Below, in pieces: positions 37,110 to 50,600 of a stretch of 64,000 nucleotides of DNA. Every line of letters starts with the position of its first letter. Positions within the stretch are counted from its first letter, which is position 1. Under the pieces are notes generated by a model. The model had not been told where the DNA came from and did no database searches. It worked only from the letters and a program-made list of their open reading frames with translations. This DNA comes from Schmidtea nova (taxonomy: Eukaryota). The position numbers and the translations under genes were made by a program. Where the stretch lies: NCBI GenBank assembly GCA_044892505.1, contig CM097882.1:531278001-531342000 (forward strand), in the 5' to 3' direction.

Positions 37110-39169
37110 ATGTTTTAATGAATTCTTTGGATTGTATTAATAAATGTAATAACTGTCTTAGTTTTATTATTGCTTTGATGAATTAAATGTTTTATAGGTT
37201 TTGCGATCTTTGTTGTAAGTTCAATTAATTTTAGATAAAATGCTTGGCTGATTTTAAATCGAAAAATAATTTTTTTAATAAGTGTCAGACTCGTATTTAA
37301 TGGTTTCTCTTTTCTATAAAACAAAAAGAAAGTGTTAATAAGTCATAATTTACTAGTTATTGCAGCTCTGTATCCAATAGTATTACTGATCGAATCATAT
37401 ATTAGTCTTCGCACTTAGTGATAAGAATGTTGTGTATTATTGGGTTTATTCAAGATCTGGTAGTATAAAGAAAGAAATATGACTCTATTTTTTCAATACA
37501 GCACAATTTTACAAAAAATTATAGTCAAATCAATTGTATGAAATATTATTAATTATCATAGGTAATTGTCCGATTTTCAGAATAGTTTACTAATCTAACT
37601 TTACATTACCCATAATTTATTAATTAATGTGCTTATGATACTTTCTGATTTATCTACACAAGTTTATCGTCACTTTACTTCGACTGTTTAATTTAGGAAT
37701 CACTTTATGTTTTAAATTTCTATTAATCTCTTCGGATTTATTCCTTGCCATCAGTTTCACGATTTTTATGAAATTAAATTTAACAGCATGTTTGGCAAAA
37801 ACTAAATCTTATTAATTTGGAAGTGAGCACGGGCAAAGCATGTGTAGACCGAGCAAGGAGTATACTCAAATATCTGAGCAAGCACCTAATAAACAAAAAT
37901 AATTAGAAAACAGGAAAAATATAATTAAAACAAATTTAAATTGAACAAAAGTAAGAAGTAACCATGAAAATACAAACAAAACATAAAACTCATTAAAGAA
38001 TTATTAAAATATAAAAATTCAAAATATTTTATTATTAATTATCTTAATTTTAATAGTTTAAATGAGAAAAATATCAAAGAAAATTGAAAAAAAATTAAAT
38101 TTATGTAGTTAAAATTTATTTAAAATATAACGTTTATATAAATATAAAATTTATTAAAATAAAGAATAAAATGTAATGTATAAATATAAACTTATTTTGG
38201 TAAAAATAAAATATTTCTTTTTAATTAAAATAAACAGAAAAACATTCTAGAAGTATTTGTTTTACTACATCAAATAAAATAATTGCTCAGAAAATGGTAT
38301 AAATATAGATGCCATTTTAATTATTTTTAACACTTGAAAATTTGATAAATTTTCACTAAGAATCAAGATTCTTTCTGGAAATTTTGAAGGAAACTCTCTA
38401 CAATCGAGAATCATAACATTTGCGGCACATCTTTGGAGAGACGACATTATTCTGTGCATACGATGTATGTCAGATTGATTTTTCGCTCATACTGATAATT
38501 TTTATTCGGCACTGGCCCATATCCGGTTGTATGTGTTATAGTATATATTGTTGTTTTCATGGCAAAATAAAGATTTTGGAAAAATAGATCATTGTATTGC
38601 AGGTACTATAATGAATTTTTATCTTCTTGTGTTTTTTTCGCTGGATTTTGATTCATTGATATTAATTCTCTGAATTTTCTTTTCATAAAACCTAATATGA
38701 ACAAATTATTAAATTTATCTGTCGAACTGAGAGATTTAAATGATTCAATTGGTCTCTGGAAGACATCAAATTTTAAAGGCTTATTAAGAGAAAATATAAA
38801 CTTATAAAAATCAACCAGAAATAAATTTAAAACCCATAGAGATAATTTACCACTAAAATTTGTAGTGAAAGGGGGAATCCGAATGCCTAGAAATAAATAT
38901 TAAAATCAATTATTAGAATATAACAAGTTACTATATTGTCAAACAATTAATGAGGTTGAGAATTATTTCTAATTAGGCGAACAGCCTAAAAATTTATTTT
39001 ATATCTAATATTATATAGTATTTTAATGATATAAAAAATTTTGTATATAACAAAGGGGGAGGGTCGATAGAATTTATATCCTTAATAAAATTTGCATTAT
39101 CAGTGTATTTCATAAATTTAAATAGTTTTAAAAGGCAAATCAAATGTCCGTAAATCATAATAATTTACA

Positions 39170-40345
39170 GTATTATAGCCGTTGCCGGTTTCTAAGGCCT
39201 CCGTGGTAATTCAAAATTTTAGGATTAAAATGTAATCTAAATTTTTATAGCGTAAAATGTATAATTGACTTCAATATAACTCGTGTTTAAATAATATTAT
39301 ATTAAATTTTAAAATTGGATGAAAAAGAAAAAATCTGAATAATTACGGAAGTAATAGCCGTCTAGACTAAGATTTTAATAAAATTAGCATCCCCTAATAC
39401 ACGCGGTTAATAATGACACTTAGATCCCCCGAATTGAGTAATTATCAGTTTATTAGCTTAAAGAATGATTAGATATAAATGAATGCATGAAGATGTGGCT
39501 GTTGGGGATTATATTTTATTCTTTTTTTGTAAATTAGAAATAGATGCAAAATTGGACACAATGCTGCAGCAAATGACGGAAAAAATCGAAGCCTAAGACG
39601 ATTGTCGATTCACCTTGCAGAAATGGAAGAGGAGAGGAAATTTTTCTGGGCTCAACTCTGAACGTTTGGAAAGGTTTCGCTTTCGGTACCGGAAAATCGA
39701 GGCCACATGAACAAATGGCACCGAGATGATGAAGAAGCAAATGAAACGGCTTCACGAACAAGTGACCGAGGATGCAATCCAGATGAGAGCCTTAAAAATG
39801 ACAATCCACAATCGCGACGCCGAGATCGCGCAACTAAGGGTGGATGTCGGCATTATGTCGACAATGTAGCCGCATAAATTTTGATTCCCTGTTTTGGAAC
39901 TATTTCCAGTGCGAGTAGACGATGAATCACTACTGAATTAACCTAACAGTTTATCGAAAATTTGAATTGATTGGATGAAAGTAGGATCGATGAAACTAAA
40001 ACTAAATACAACTCCGCAATAACTTGAGTATCTATTAAATAACGAAAGATTTTCTTTAGAATCTTCTTTTAGTTGTCATCATCTTAGTAGAAATACAATA
40101 TAGATTAAGGGACATAAATGGGCATTAAACCTTTTATTGGTCGCACTTGGACCCACTGTGTTGTTCGGTCATTCATAGTTTCGATTTTTCGACGTTCACT
40201 GTTTGCGAACATCCGCCCATTTGTTGCATTATCAACATTATTTTGTGATGGGCAACAAAATGATTTTAACTAATATTTTACGTGTTGAGTTGATGATGAC
40301 CCATAGCAACGTCAAGGTCATATTGACGTTTAACAACCCACCAAA
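39170..40345 (+). repeat. Repeat family A, compact uninterrupted copy
   Basis: Colinear with 200-387 plus 2472-3345. Degraded ORF EMMKKQMKRLHEQVTEDAIQMRALKMTIHNRDAEIAQLRVDVG. Confidence 0.7.
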
Positions 40346-40439
40346 CTAAATGAATTGTAGTTATAAATAATAATGTCATGATTTCTTTGCTTAGCAATTC
40401 GCGATCATTTATAAAAAAAGAAATTTGAACCGTTTTTCT

Positions 40440-41390
40440 TGTGGTGGGTTGTTGACTTTTAATATGACCTTGACGTTGCTGTGGCTTCTATTAACAACTC
40501 AAAACATAAAACATTAGAGTTACTATCTTGTTGCCCGTCACAATGTAACGTTAGTAATGCAACAAATGGGTGGATGTCCGCAAACAGTGAGCGTCGAAAA
40601 ATCGAAACTATTATTGACCGAACATCACAGTGGGTTTAAGGGCTACCGATAGAAGGTTTGGTGTCCATTTTGTCCCATATTCAACAAATACTCTATACAT
40701 AATCAATAGGGATTTTCATTTGGCAATTCGAGATAAAAAATCACATCAGTATATATTTTATTAGTACATAAAAATAAATCATTTTCCAACAACAAATCAT
40801 TAACAAACCTAATTCAAGCAAGAATCCACTTCAAATAAATGTAACGTAGCAATAAGCACAACAAAATTATTAAAATCATATGTCACCACAATATCAAAGT
40901 ATTCGGGTTATGCAACATTTTTCCGCTGTTTTATTTCACGAGCCACTTCGTCAAATCGGGTGTTAAATCAATCGATTAGCGGCGTCTACAACGAATATTA
41001 TCTTAATTGCGGTCATTAAAACATTTATTTCCAAACAAACAAAAGTTGCTAATCCCAAAAATGAAAACATTATTCATGTATTTATTCATACAACACCACT
41101 CTCTAATGTAGAATCTGGTCGCTATTCAATTCCGGGATCTAAATCTCAGAGAAAAACTATATATACTCGGTGATATTTGATTGTTGTACTTTTGATCTAA
41201 GCGGCTATCATTTTTGTGATTTTCTACATTTTCCACTTTTAATTTTATGATTTAATTAAATTTTATTTAAATTCTTATTCTATTGTTTCCCTTATCCTAT
41301 AAAATTAAATAAAAATTTTGTCAAAAATTTAACTTTAAAATTTTAAATTGTCAGCGAGGCCTTAGCAACAGCAACGGCTATGGAATATTG
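40440..41390 (-). repeat. Family A-related copy, inverted, tail-to-tail with 39170-40345
   Basis: 40440-40680 is the reverse complement of 40100-40345. 41100-41390 matches 39170-39450 in blocks (ggcctc, atagccg..tagat, ttagatccc..gaattga). Confidence 0.65.
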
Positions 41391-42100
41391 GATTTTTATA
41401 ATCAATTTCATTTTATTTTAGGTTTAAAAAAATATTACGAAAATTATCCAAAAATTAATTTACAAATTTCTTACATCTTCGTTACCCCCCCCCTTAAATT
41501 ACCAGTAATATAGTAGAATAAATTTAATAAGAAGCTTGTATTCAAAATCCGAAGAAAGTTTTTGCTTTGCATTTAATTAGAACTTTTCCGCAACCTGATT
41601 AGTTGCAGTATTCCATGGTGAGTATGTTATATGTAATTTAGCAGGGAAATTCACGCCGATGACGTATTTCATGTGGCAAGTAATTTATATTTTTATCGTT
41701 TTCTTTTTTCTTTAATTTTCAATTATTTTGAATAATTTTCCGCAAGATCTCGTCGTAAACTTGGAAAATGGACATATATTTTTAATATATATTTTTAAAA
41801 GGGAATCTAGCCATCAGAAATAAATTCTCATTTCTGGTGTGTCGCACACTCTCGCTCTACGTGTGGATATTTTTCGGCAAGGATTGTAAGGAGTTCCAAA
41901 ACTCCTTTTAAATTAAAAATAATTTAATTAATTAATTTAACGAGTAACATTTTAGATATTTTATATTAATATAATTATATATATATGTGTGTGTGTGGCC
42001 AATATCCTCATTAATATTAGAATTACAAATGCCTCAGTGTTTTAATATTCAGAATTAAACGGGGACATTTTCAAATTGTGATAAAAATTTAATAAATATT

Positions 42101-43115
42101 ATGGAAAATAAGCAGACTGCTTCCTGGGAAATTTCACAAAGGCGATAATCTTGAAGATTTTATCAAAGATTGTCAGAGATATTTCAACGTTACGAAGACT
42201 TCTATCAAAATGCAACTAATTTTGACCACTACTCTTTTGGATAGATCTTTAATGGAAGAATTTGAAGCTGCAGAAGGAAAAATGATTGAAGAGAAACTTC
42301 GTGGTGCTTTTACAAAGCCAACTTCATTAATAGAAGATTTAAAAGAAGCTTTAAGTTATGAACAAGGGTCTGATTCAGCCGAAATATTTATGGAGAAAAT
42401 TAAAAAATTAACGAAAAAATAATTGCACACAAATGGGATGAAGAAGAGATATGAAAATGCCTTTTAATAAGCTGTTCAAGAGATAAAGAAGTTAAAAACG
42501 AAGTTGAAATGAAAGATATAAAACTGCCGATGAAATTAAGTCAACAATCAAGAAATTAGAAAAGGTTGACAAAATTATGAGCCAAATTAATGTGTTGAAG
42601 ACTTCATCAGTTACATTCAACAGCAGAAATTATAGAGATGCTGCTCGGAGAGGACTTGTGGATGGAAACAATACCGTGAATCAAAGAGATCCGAATAAAG
42701 GTATGTTGAATGCTGGACTTGCAACAAAACGGGTCACATTAGTAGAGAATGTCAAATGAAAAAAAGAACCCAGTGCTTTGCATGTGGAGTAGAAGGGCAT
42801 GAACGTCGAGAATGTCCAACAATTCAATGTCAAAGATGTCAATTGCGTGGACACAAAGAAAATTATTGTTACACCAACTTAGAAAGAAGAAGATTTGGAA
42901 TTAATCAGAATGGAGGAAACCAAAATTACTATCCACATTGATCAATGAGATATCAACAGAGGAATCAACACCAGCGAAAAACAGTAGCAACTATTGAAGC
43001 TAATGAAATGATGCCAATGGACTATTCGGATGATTTTGAGGATAAATGTGATGACGCCCAGAACCCAAAAAGACACGCTTCGACACGGGAGGCAATGATC
43101 GGAGCAATTTATTAG
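42101..43115 (+). pseudogene. Gypsy gag with three CCHC zinc knuckles
   Basis: RLLPGKFHKGDNLEDFIKDCQRYF; CWTCNKTGHISREC, CFACGVEGHERREC, CQRCQLRGHKENYC. Frameshifts and stops. Confidence 0.88.
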
Positions 43116-43420
43116 ATAATTTTGATATTAGTTTAGATATTGGCCATAGTTTCAATAATGATGTAAATAATTCTTATATATATATATAATAGTATAAAAC
43201 CTTTATCTAATAAAATATGTAATTTTAAAAGTAGTAATGTACGTAATTTTAGTAATTTTTTTAATGCTGACCAGACTTTATTAAATAATAATATTAAAAA
43301 TTTTAAAAATCAAAAAGATAATAAATTTAACGAAACAGAATGTAGTAATGAAATAAAAGCAGAAAAAGTTTATAAATTTTTTAAAAAATTAGAGAATACA
43401 GAGAGAAAGATAAAATATGG

Positions 43421-46400
43421 ATGAATGATATAATGGTTAATTCAAATTTTAAGGAGAAGCAAAATAAATTCACTGATGAAGAATGGGAAGAGCCACGATT
43501 GACATATAATAAAATACAAGGTAGACCGAGTACAACTATTGAAATTCAGGGCCATAAAATGGAATTTTTGTTATATACGGGAGCTAGAGTTAATGTTATG
43601 ACTAAAGCAGTTGTGGATAAATTAGAAAATGTTGAAATAATAAGGACAAACGATAAATTAAGATTTGAAAATGATAGCAAACTGGAAACAGTAGGAAAGA
43701 TACAAATTGATGTTAGAATTGGTAATATAGCAAGAAAAGTAACATTTATTGTAGTTACAAACGTTGTCCCAGATATAATTGGAGGAGTGGAATTGCAGAA
43801 ACAGTTTGGAATAGAATTAAGATATATAGAGAGTAGATGTGAAAGATCGAATGATTTTATATGTGAAATAGAAGCGAAATTTGGAAGAAATATTACAAAT
43901 ACTGAAAGATTACAGAAAACAATAGAAACTTTAAAATTATACGAGAATAATAAACTGTTAGAAATTGTAAAGAAAAATATAAATGTTTTTATGACAGATA
44001 AATGGGATATTGGATGTACGGATTTAATTCAACATAAAATTATTACAAAAGGTGGACCAATAATGATAAAGCCGAGAAGACAGCCTATCAATTTAGAGGA
44101 GAAAATAAATAATGCAATAAAAAATTTAGAAAATTATGATATCATAAGGAAATGTAACTCGCCTTGGAATACACCTTTAGTATGCGTGTGGAAAAAAAGA
44201 GAAAAAATATATTAGACTTTGTTTAGACTTTAGACAACTGAATAAAATTACCGAAAGACAAGCTTTTCCAATGCCGAACGTTGAAGAAATATTAGATACA
44301 CTACATGGATTTAAATACTTTAGTTCTATAGATCTCGGGAATGCTTATTATCAAGTAAGATTGGATATTGAATCGCAAGAAAAGACAGCTTTTTCTACTA
44401 AAGAAGGCCAATTTTATTTTAATCGAATGCCATTTGGCATTGCAGCTGCGCCAGGTACATTTCAAGAATTAATGACAAAAGTATTAAAAGATCTAAATAA
44501 AGAAGGGGTAATGGTGTATTTAGATGATATTTTGATTTTTACAAATACTGTAGAGGAACACTACAAGACTTTCGAAAGAGTGTTAGAGAAAATATTGGAG
44601 GGAAAATTAAAAATTAATCCTGAAAAGTGTCAGTTATTAAAAAATGAAGTTAAATTCTTAGGTCACGTTATAAACAGCCAAGGAATAAGTACAGACAAAG
44701 TAAAATTGAAGCGATCCAGTCATTTCAAAAACCAAAATGTATAAAAGATTTGAGGAGTTTTTTGGGTATATGTAATTACTATCGCAGATTTATTAAGGAT
44801 TATGCAAAGAAATCAAGAACTTTAGAAAGTATATGTGGAAATAGCAATGAAAAAATGATTTGGACTGAGGAATGTAAAAAAGCCTTTGAAGAAATGAAAA
44901 TAACATTAACAACAGCACCGGTTCTTGTATTCCCAGATTTCAGGAAGGAATTTATATTAGATACAGACGCAAGTTTTGATACGATTGGAGCCGTTTAATC
45001 GCAAACTGATGAATGGGGGTACGAGCATGTTGTAGCATATGTATCACATGCAATGGGCTCACACGAAAGAGGGTATTGCATTACACGAAAGGAACTTTTG
45101 GCTATTTACTATTTTTGTCGTCATTTCAATCATTATTTATATGGTAAACGATTTGTCGTACGCACTGACTATAAAACGATTACTTTTATGTTAACGACAA
45201 AAAAGCCAATAACAGCATAATTCCAAACATGGATAAATTATTTAAGTAGTTTGGACATAAAAATGGAGTTCAGAAAAGGTACTGCGCATATGCTTTCTAG
45301 AAATATCTGTTGGAAATGTGTACAATGTGCAATGGAGCATGAAAATCCAAAATCAGGAAAATTAAAAACTAGGTTGTTAACTTTGATGACAGAAAATAAC
45401 GGAAATGAATGGCAAAAGGATAATGCAGAGATACAAAATATAAACGTTAGAATTAATAAAAATGAAAAGGATAAATTTTATTTAAAAAATAATATAGTCT
45501 ACACAAATAAAAACAAAATATGGATATCAGAAATTAAAAGACGAGAAAGGATAAAGAAAACACATTTGCTATTATGTCATGCAGGGATAGAAAAAGTAAT
45601 GAAATACATTCAGAACAATTTTGATATGTTAGACTTGGCAAAGGAAATTGAGGTGACAATCTCTACGTGTGAATCATACCAGAAAAACAAAGTTATGACC
45701 ACAAAGTCTAAAGAAGAAACCAAAGTCATTCAAGCTTCTGAACCTTTTGAAAAAATATACATGGACATCTGTGGACCTTTAGGAGAAACATTCAAGGGAG
45801 ATAAATATATTTGTGCTATAATTTATCATTACAGTAAATATATTTCTTTAACTTCTATTAGTAAACAGGATGAAAAAACAATTAGAAAAGTTTTGCTACA
45901 TAAATGGATACTTAAATTTGGGGCACCTAAAGAATTACATGTTGATTGTGGGAAGAATTTCGAAGCAAATAGCATTAAAAACTGGCAAAAACCGCAGGCA
46001 TAAAGTTAATATTTTCAAGTCCGTATCACCATAATACCAATGGTTTAGTTGAAAGACAGTTTCAAACTATTAGAGATTATATTATCACATCATTAAATGA
46101 TAGAATGAAGAAAAATTGGGCAGAATTATTACCTGATATAGAAAACAATTAAAATGCTACAGCTCAAAAAACTACTGGAGTTAGCGCAGCTGAAATTATT
46201 TTTGGAAGAAAGATTAATAAATTGCAATGGCATGTTAATAATAAAATTAATAGAGAAGACATTACGCAGAGATTAGAAGACAAAAGACAGGAAAAGGAAG
46301 TCAAAACAAAAAGAGAATTAGAAATTGTAGAAAGAGTCTTAGTAAAAAAGGAAATTCGAAATAAAGACCACGAGAGGTTTGAAGGTCCATATACAGTGAA

Positions 46401-46480
46401 AAAAACAAATTCATGAAAGAAGTTACTTATTAGAAGACAAGAATGGGAAGACTATAGTCAGAAATATTGAAAGGATTAAA
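43421..46480 (+). pseudogene. Gypsy pol (protease, RT, RNase H, integrase), fragmented
   Basis: LLYTGA (catalytic D to Y), SPWNTP, IDLGNAYYQ, MPFG, YLDD, FLGHVI, ILDTDAS, DICGP, VDCGKNF, GLVER. Confidence 0.93.
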
Positions 46481-46588
46481 CATTTTAAAGAAGGGGATGT
46501 AAGGAGTTCCAAAACTCCTTTTAAATTAAAAATAATTTAATTAATTAATTTAACGAGTAACATTTTAGATATTTTATATTAATATAAT

Positions 46589-46619
<31 letters not shown>

Positions 46620-48624
46620 GGCCAATATCCTCATTAATATTAGAATTACAAATGCCTCAGTGTTTTAATATTCAGAATTAAACGGGGACATTTTGAAATT
46701 GTGATAAAAATTTAATAAATATTGTGGAAGAAGAGTTGAATTTAATTGCTTCTAAAAAGGATCATTGACTATTCATGAATCTAATTGCAGCATGACAACA
46801 TGTGAAAACCCTGAAAATATTCAGTTTCGAATTTTTCGTCTATCTTGACGGAATCTTGGTAGTTATTAAACGATTAATTTTGGAATAATAGACCTCAGAT
46901 TGGCTTTTGTATTATAACTTATTACATAAAAATAAATTTTTTTGCAGTTGAATTGGGTTAATAATAAAATTTCATAACCTAGGAAGATGACATATTAAGT
47001 TTTACTTATCACTAGGAATAAATCCCAAAAGTTATTCGGATGAATTTTAATATTAGACCCTAGTAAAGGGCTCCGTCTCAATTAATACAGGTAAGGAATT
47101 TCATATCAAATGCAATCGGGTAGTAAACAGGTTTCCAAGGGGTTATAATTTATACTATAAGAGAGTCTTTAATTGTGATTGTAGTTTACATAATAGGTAG
47201 GTTTATAATGGGTTAGAATCTGAATGATCAATGGAGTTTATACAGTGTTACAACTTACGCCATAAATAGATTTCCTAGAATTGGAATTTTATAATAATGA
47301 GAGTTTATATTGAATTTAGGGTTTTCGATGAATTAACTTCAACCTAATGGCGTAGTTCATGATCAATAAAGATTCACAATTTTGTGGGTTGTTGTCTTTG
47401 GATTTTCTAGGTAATAAAATCAATTTTATAGAATTTTGTCAACTAAATTACTAATTTTCCGAGAATACTAATCAAATTTGTAGGATCTTATTTACTGAAA
47501 TGTCAAATTTCTCTGACTACTATAATTAAATTTAACGACTGTTATGAACCGCAAAATAACTAACTTAAATGGTGTTATAAACTGCAAATAAGAATGTGAA
47601 CGCTATAGGATGTTATCAGCTTCAAGTAATTGTTATCGGGTATTGAGAATTATAAGTTATTTATGTTATAGGATGTCATGAATAAAATGATTATCTTAAT
47701 TTCAGTCATAGATGAATAGATGTTTAAATATGTTTTCTGGATGCAGTATGCTGTGTGGGTGATATTAACGAATGAAGTGATGTAATTTAAATTTAATTAT
47801 AGATGAATAAAATTGTATTCAAATTTCCTGGATGTAACATATTGTACAGGTGACGATAATAAATGGAGCAATTACTCTGACTGCAAATATGTGTATAGAT
47901 TTTATATAGCTTTTTCTGAGTGTGCTATTGCTATAGATGATGATTGTTGACTGAATCGATTTAATTATAGATTTTTATATAGCTTTTTTTGAGTGTGCGA
48001 TTGGTATGGATGATGATTGTTGACTGAATCGATTTAATTAATTATGAATAGGGATGCTGTGAGAAGCAAAACATTTTTGTTAACCGGTGTTGTGATTTGC
48101 AAGTATTTTATGATATGGATGTTGTAGTTTGCAAGCTGGTAATTATATATACTTTTATGGATTAAACAATCAGTTTTCAGTGTGGTAATTTGATGAGGTT
48201 ATGTTGTTGAATTGTGTGATTGATTTTGTTGAATGGATTGTAACATTTTATAAGTGATAGACTTGGTTGATGGAGTTTTGTGAGGGAGTGGATTTATTTT
48301 GGATGCATGGGTATTATTGGATGAAATGGATAGTTAACGATGAATATGAATGAATGGATTTTGTATGGATTATCTGGATGTAGCATGCTGTGTATGAGAT
48401 TTTAATGAGTTTAACGATATAATTTACATGTATTTATAGATGAATAAATTTTTGTGTGTGATAATAGATATAGATGATACTAATGAGTGAAACGAATGTA
48501 ATGATCTGCAAATATGATTTTATGGGTTTTCTTAGATTTAGGAGGGTACTTTGTAAAATAATATATATATATATATATACATTTTATAAGTGATAGGCTT
48601 GGTTGATGGATTTTGGTGAGGGAG

Positions 48625-49242
48625 TGGAAATGGTAGTCCATCTAATGATAGTGAACATTTAAAAACGCACGTTTTAGTAATTCCATATTCGGAAGGTTTT
48701 AAAAACTTTAAGTGTTCTATAATGAAATCCTTAGGAAATTCTAACATATTTAACATAGTGTCAAAGTCTTTAAAATCAGTAAATATGTTTAGTAATAAAT
48801 CTCAAACACCAATAGGTTTAGTTTCTGATCTAGTGTATAAATTTTCTTGTAATGGGTGCAATGCCACATACATTGGAGAGACTTCCCGTCATCTCCGCAC
48901 ACGGGTTCAGGAACATAGCCGATTGAAAGGTGTGAGTAATATTATTGAGCATAGAAAAATATGTAAAGAAGAAACTGATTTAAAAGATTTTAAAATTATA
49001 TTAAAAAATTTTAACAATAAATGGGAAAGAATTTTATGTGAGGCGTTGGTGATTAAATCACAATGCCCTACAATTAATATTCAATCAGCAACGAATTTAT
49101 TGAGATTATTTAATTAACTCATTAAATCATAGCCATTACGTCATTATTGTTTCGGTATATAGCATTTGATTTAGATTATGATGGCAGACTGATGATGAGG
49201 ACTATGTCCTTGAAATATATTTCTATTATTTGACAATTTTGT

Positions 49243-49245
<3 letters not shown>
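48625..49245 (+). mobile_element. 5'-truncated Penelope-like element: GIY-YIG endonuclease and 3' UTR, inserted in (TA)n
   Basis: LVIPY, LVYKFSCNGCNATYIGETSRHLRTRVQEH, EALVIK...PTINIQ. Flanked by TA runs at about 48563-48578 and 49246-49292. Confidence 0.92.
49181..49229 (+). ncRNA. Minimal type I hammerhead ribozyme (PLE-associated)
   Basis: atggcaga-CTGATGA-T-GAGGAC tat GTCCTT-GAAA-TATA-T-T-tctattat: intact core, 6-bp stem II, palindromic stem III, imperfect stem I. Confidence 0.8.
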
Positions 49246-49298
<53 letters not shown>

Positions 49299-50300
49299 TT
49301 TGAGAATTTTATGAAATAAAAACCGATTCTGATATTTATAATTTTTCCTACATAAACTTGAATTTAAAATTTTTTAAAAATTTATATAACAATACAAAAT
49401 TTTAGATTCATAATTTTTATATTTTACAAGTTGTATTTGAATTTTTAAATTTTTTTCATAATATATTATTTTTAATAATAGAATTATATTTTTACCAAAA
49501 ACATAATTTTGATAGCATGCAAATTTTCCAAATAAAAATACACAAAATTTTCGAGCTAATTCGTTTGAAAACTTCGAATACCCAAAATTGTAAATAAAAT
49601 TTCAAAAGTTTTTATGAACATTTTTTCCGATTTAAGTGGAATTAAGCTGAATAAAATCAAATATAATTTTACTTAATCTAATACAATCTATATTCTCTAT
49701 TATAATCTAGACATTTTCATCATGCTCTGAGCTTCTAGTTAGACGATTTTTATAAATTTGATTTTCTAATTTACTTTGCGATTTCTTTCATGATGAAGTG
49801 GAGAATATGTTCATGTGAACGAAGGTGATTTACGAGATGGATGAATAGTTTCGATAACTTTTATTATGTCAGAACTTTTATGTAATTGCGAATAATCAAT
49901 GAGCTTTATATAGATACAAATATTTACTGTAATATAATATGAATAATTTGAATTTGAACAACCTTGCGCTTGGCCAAGCCACTACTCTTCATATAGCCAG
50001 ATATAAGATGAAGCATTCTTTGGATGTTGGAGCTCACTTCGATCGAAAAATGGATCAAAAAGCTAACGAACCCCAGCTAAATAATGATTCGCCAAAGTGG
50101 CTAATGATGGTGTTGAGGTCTCAAATATCTACTATTTGAAATCTCAACTTGTTGTGGGTGATTCCTATATAAATAAAGAAGACAACTCTCTTTTAAATAT
50201 TTATTGAAGATCAAATTTACCTATACAAACAAAACTTTCAAATCTAACAGGAACTTTTTACAATTTATAAAAGGTGTTTTACACAAATTATGTAATTATA

Positions 50301-50335
50301 CGTGGTTGGTTCATTAAGTACCTGCAGTCGGTATC
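50301..50335 (+). mobile_element. Orphan mariner TIR of the same family as 32427
   Basis: TA|CGTGGTTGGTTCATTAAGTACCTGCAGTCGGTATC versus TA|CGTGGTTGGTTCACGAAGTACCTGCACTCGATATC. Confidence 0.75.
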
Positions 50336-50434
50336 ACAAACAAAAGATATTGACAAAATACATTTATTTTTAGAATCTACGAAAATAAATAATTTCAAAT
50401 ATAAAAACGGAACTGAAAAATTTTAAATAATAAT

Positions 50435-50600
50435 TTATTTTCGCGATTTTTCTTTGGCAAAATCTTTAATAATGTCGTCAAAATTCATATCACGAGTAAG
50501 ATTACTCTCAGTGCAAAGAACAGCCAAAGATGAGAGGCGATCTTGATTCATAGTTGTGCTGGTTTGTTGGTCAGATTTTTTACAACAGAGATTTTCTTGA
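50435..50600 (-). mobile_element. hAT transposase C-terminal relic (ZMYM1-like)
   Basis: STTMNQDRLSSLAVLCTE...NFDDIIKDFAKEKSRK*. Confidence 0.7.

Larger units (their letters stand above)
41885..46750 (+). mobile_element. Ty3/Gypsy LTR retrotransposon, full length but defective
   Basis: Direct repeats starting TGTAAGGAGTTCC at 41885 and 46498; PPT aaagaagggga at 46487-46497. The AAGGAT target is duplicated around the element. Domain order gag-PR-RT-RH-IN. Confidence 0.95.
46755..49528. mobile_element. Unit C copy 2 (inverted; continues at 41747-41884), interrupted by Gypsy and a PLE
   Basis: Reverse complement of 388-2340 with small indels, including a roughly 70-bp tandem duplication at about 47895-48035. 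Confidence 0.85.
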
